Below, one piece after another: positions 63,023 to 64,000 of a DNA stretch of 64,000 nucleotides. Source of the DNA: Botryllus schlosseri. Its lineage: Eukaryota. Each line of letters begins with the position of its first letter. Position 1 is the first letter of the stretch. Made by a program: the position numbers and the translations under genes. A model generated the notes under the pieces. It saw nothing but the letters and a program-made list of their open reading frames with translations. It had not been told where the DNA came from and ran no database searches. The stretch is taken from NCBI GenBank assembly GCA_051294905.1, contig CM119371.1:39124001-39188000 (forward strand), given 5' to 3'.

Positions 63023-64000
63023 GCCTAGATTGCCCGATGTCACAGTTCTTTTTCGATGTTGAAGCCGCGGCCCTTTCTACTAGTTCTTTCCAATCATTGT
63101 GAGTGCTTTCTTTTCGTCGGGTCTTTGTCTGGGCTATTTTGTCGCCATAAGAACGGCAACGGCAGGGGAAGAGGAGCCCAGATAAACCTCCGTCTGCGTG
63201 CTGGGTGCTTATCGTAAGCACTACACTACACTATAGGCTATCTATCTATCATTCAGCTCAGCATAATGTTGTTGGAACAAATGATCGTGGTGCGGTAGTC
63301 TCAATCGTTGACTTGAGAGATCGTTGTGCTCTCATGTAATTTTAGGTTGATTACGCGATTTTCGGAATCTCTGGGAGGCAGATATATCGTTGTTCTTGTT
63401 CTATGTTCTTCTTCTTATGATCATTTGCTACCATCGTTTAATTTTTCTTCTATTTTCCTTTTTTAACTAAACATTTTTACAGCCAGACTGTTCAGAGTCA
63501 AGTGTAGGGGAGATGTGGTACCGATGGATCAAAAATTGCAAAATGATCTCTGGCCCTCAAATCTTCAGCCGAGAATAGTGGATCTTTTGCTGTCTCAACA
63601 CTTCGATACAAGCTCTACCTATCGCGGACATTTACATGAATATCCGCCTTTTCAAAAAATATTTATAAACGCTTAAAATTTGTTGCTCGAACGTGTCATC
63701 GGTCCCCACCCGGTGGGTCCAATGGCACACGACCATGGGACCTATGAGACATACGCTCAACAACTCAAATTCGTTAACTTGTTTTGTTGTGTACTATAAG
63801 CTAAGCTACAGCAAGCCAATGAAGAATGTTTCGTCGCGACCTTCAAGAATAAAATAGATTATATCAACTCAAATGTTGGCCTAAAATCATGTTTTGATTT
63901 ACGCCTAAACTTGCAAAATTAATACCACATACATATTACCCGCAAATAGACATTTTGACTTTCAAATACCTCGTAATAGCGATAAAACACCACAGGTGAC

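Overview
AT-rich, intron-containing eukaryotic DNA. It is probably from an invertebrate chordate such as an ascidian, inferred from gene style and repeat content, not proven. Three protein-coding genes could be rebuilt by hand, all on the minus strand. (1) An 8-exon rhodopsin-family GPCR (about 18630 to 2234) with LRL in place of DRY and no in-frame start unless a G7 run is one base short. (2) A complete 17-exon TRPC4AP/TRUSS orthologue (55451 to 31907, 781 aa), with all GT-AG junctions in phase. (3) Single-coding-exon DPM3 (57500 to 57207). A weak, spliced-looking unit lies divergent from DPM3 on the plus strand (58.6-60.4 kb). Introns and intergenic DNA are packed with non-autonomous, often nested DNA transposons. 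Most are hAT-type with 8-bp TSDs, each family carrying its own subterminal repeat motif. There are also tRNA-derived SINEs, a LINE fragment, a 613-bp foldback, minisatellites and a GA microsatellite. No prokaryotic-type system, CRISPR array or intact transposase is present. The most interesting leads are hypotheses: an Arg(-3) C-degron on TRPC4AP itself, a possible DPM3-TRPC4AP operon, inverted MITE pairs around exons, and the GPCR frameshift.
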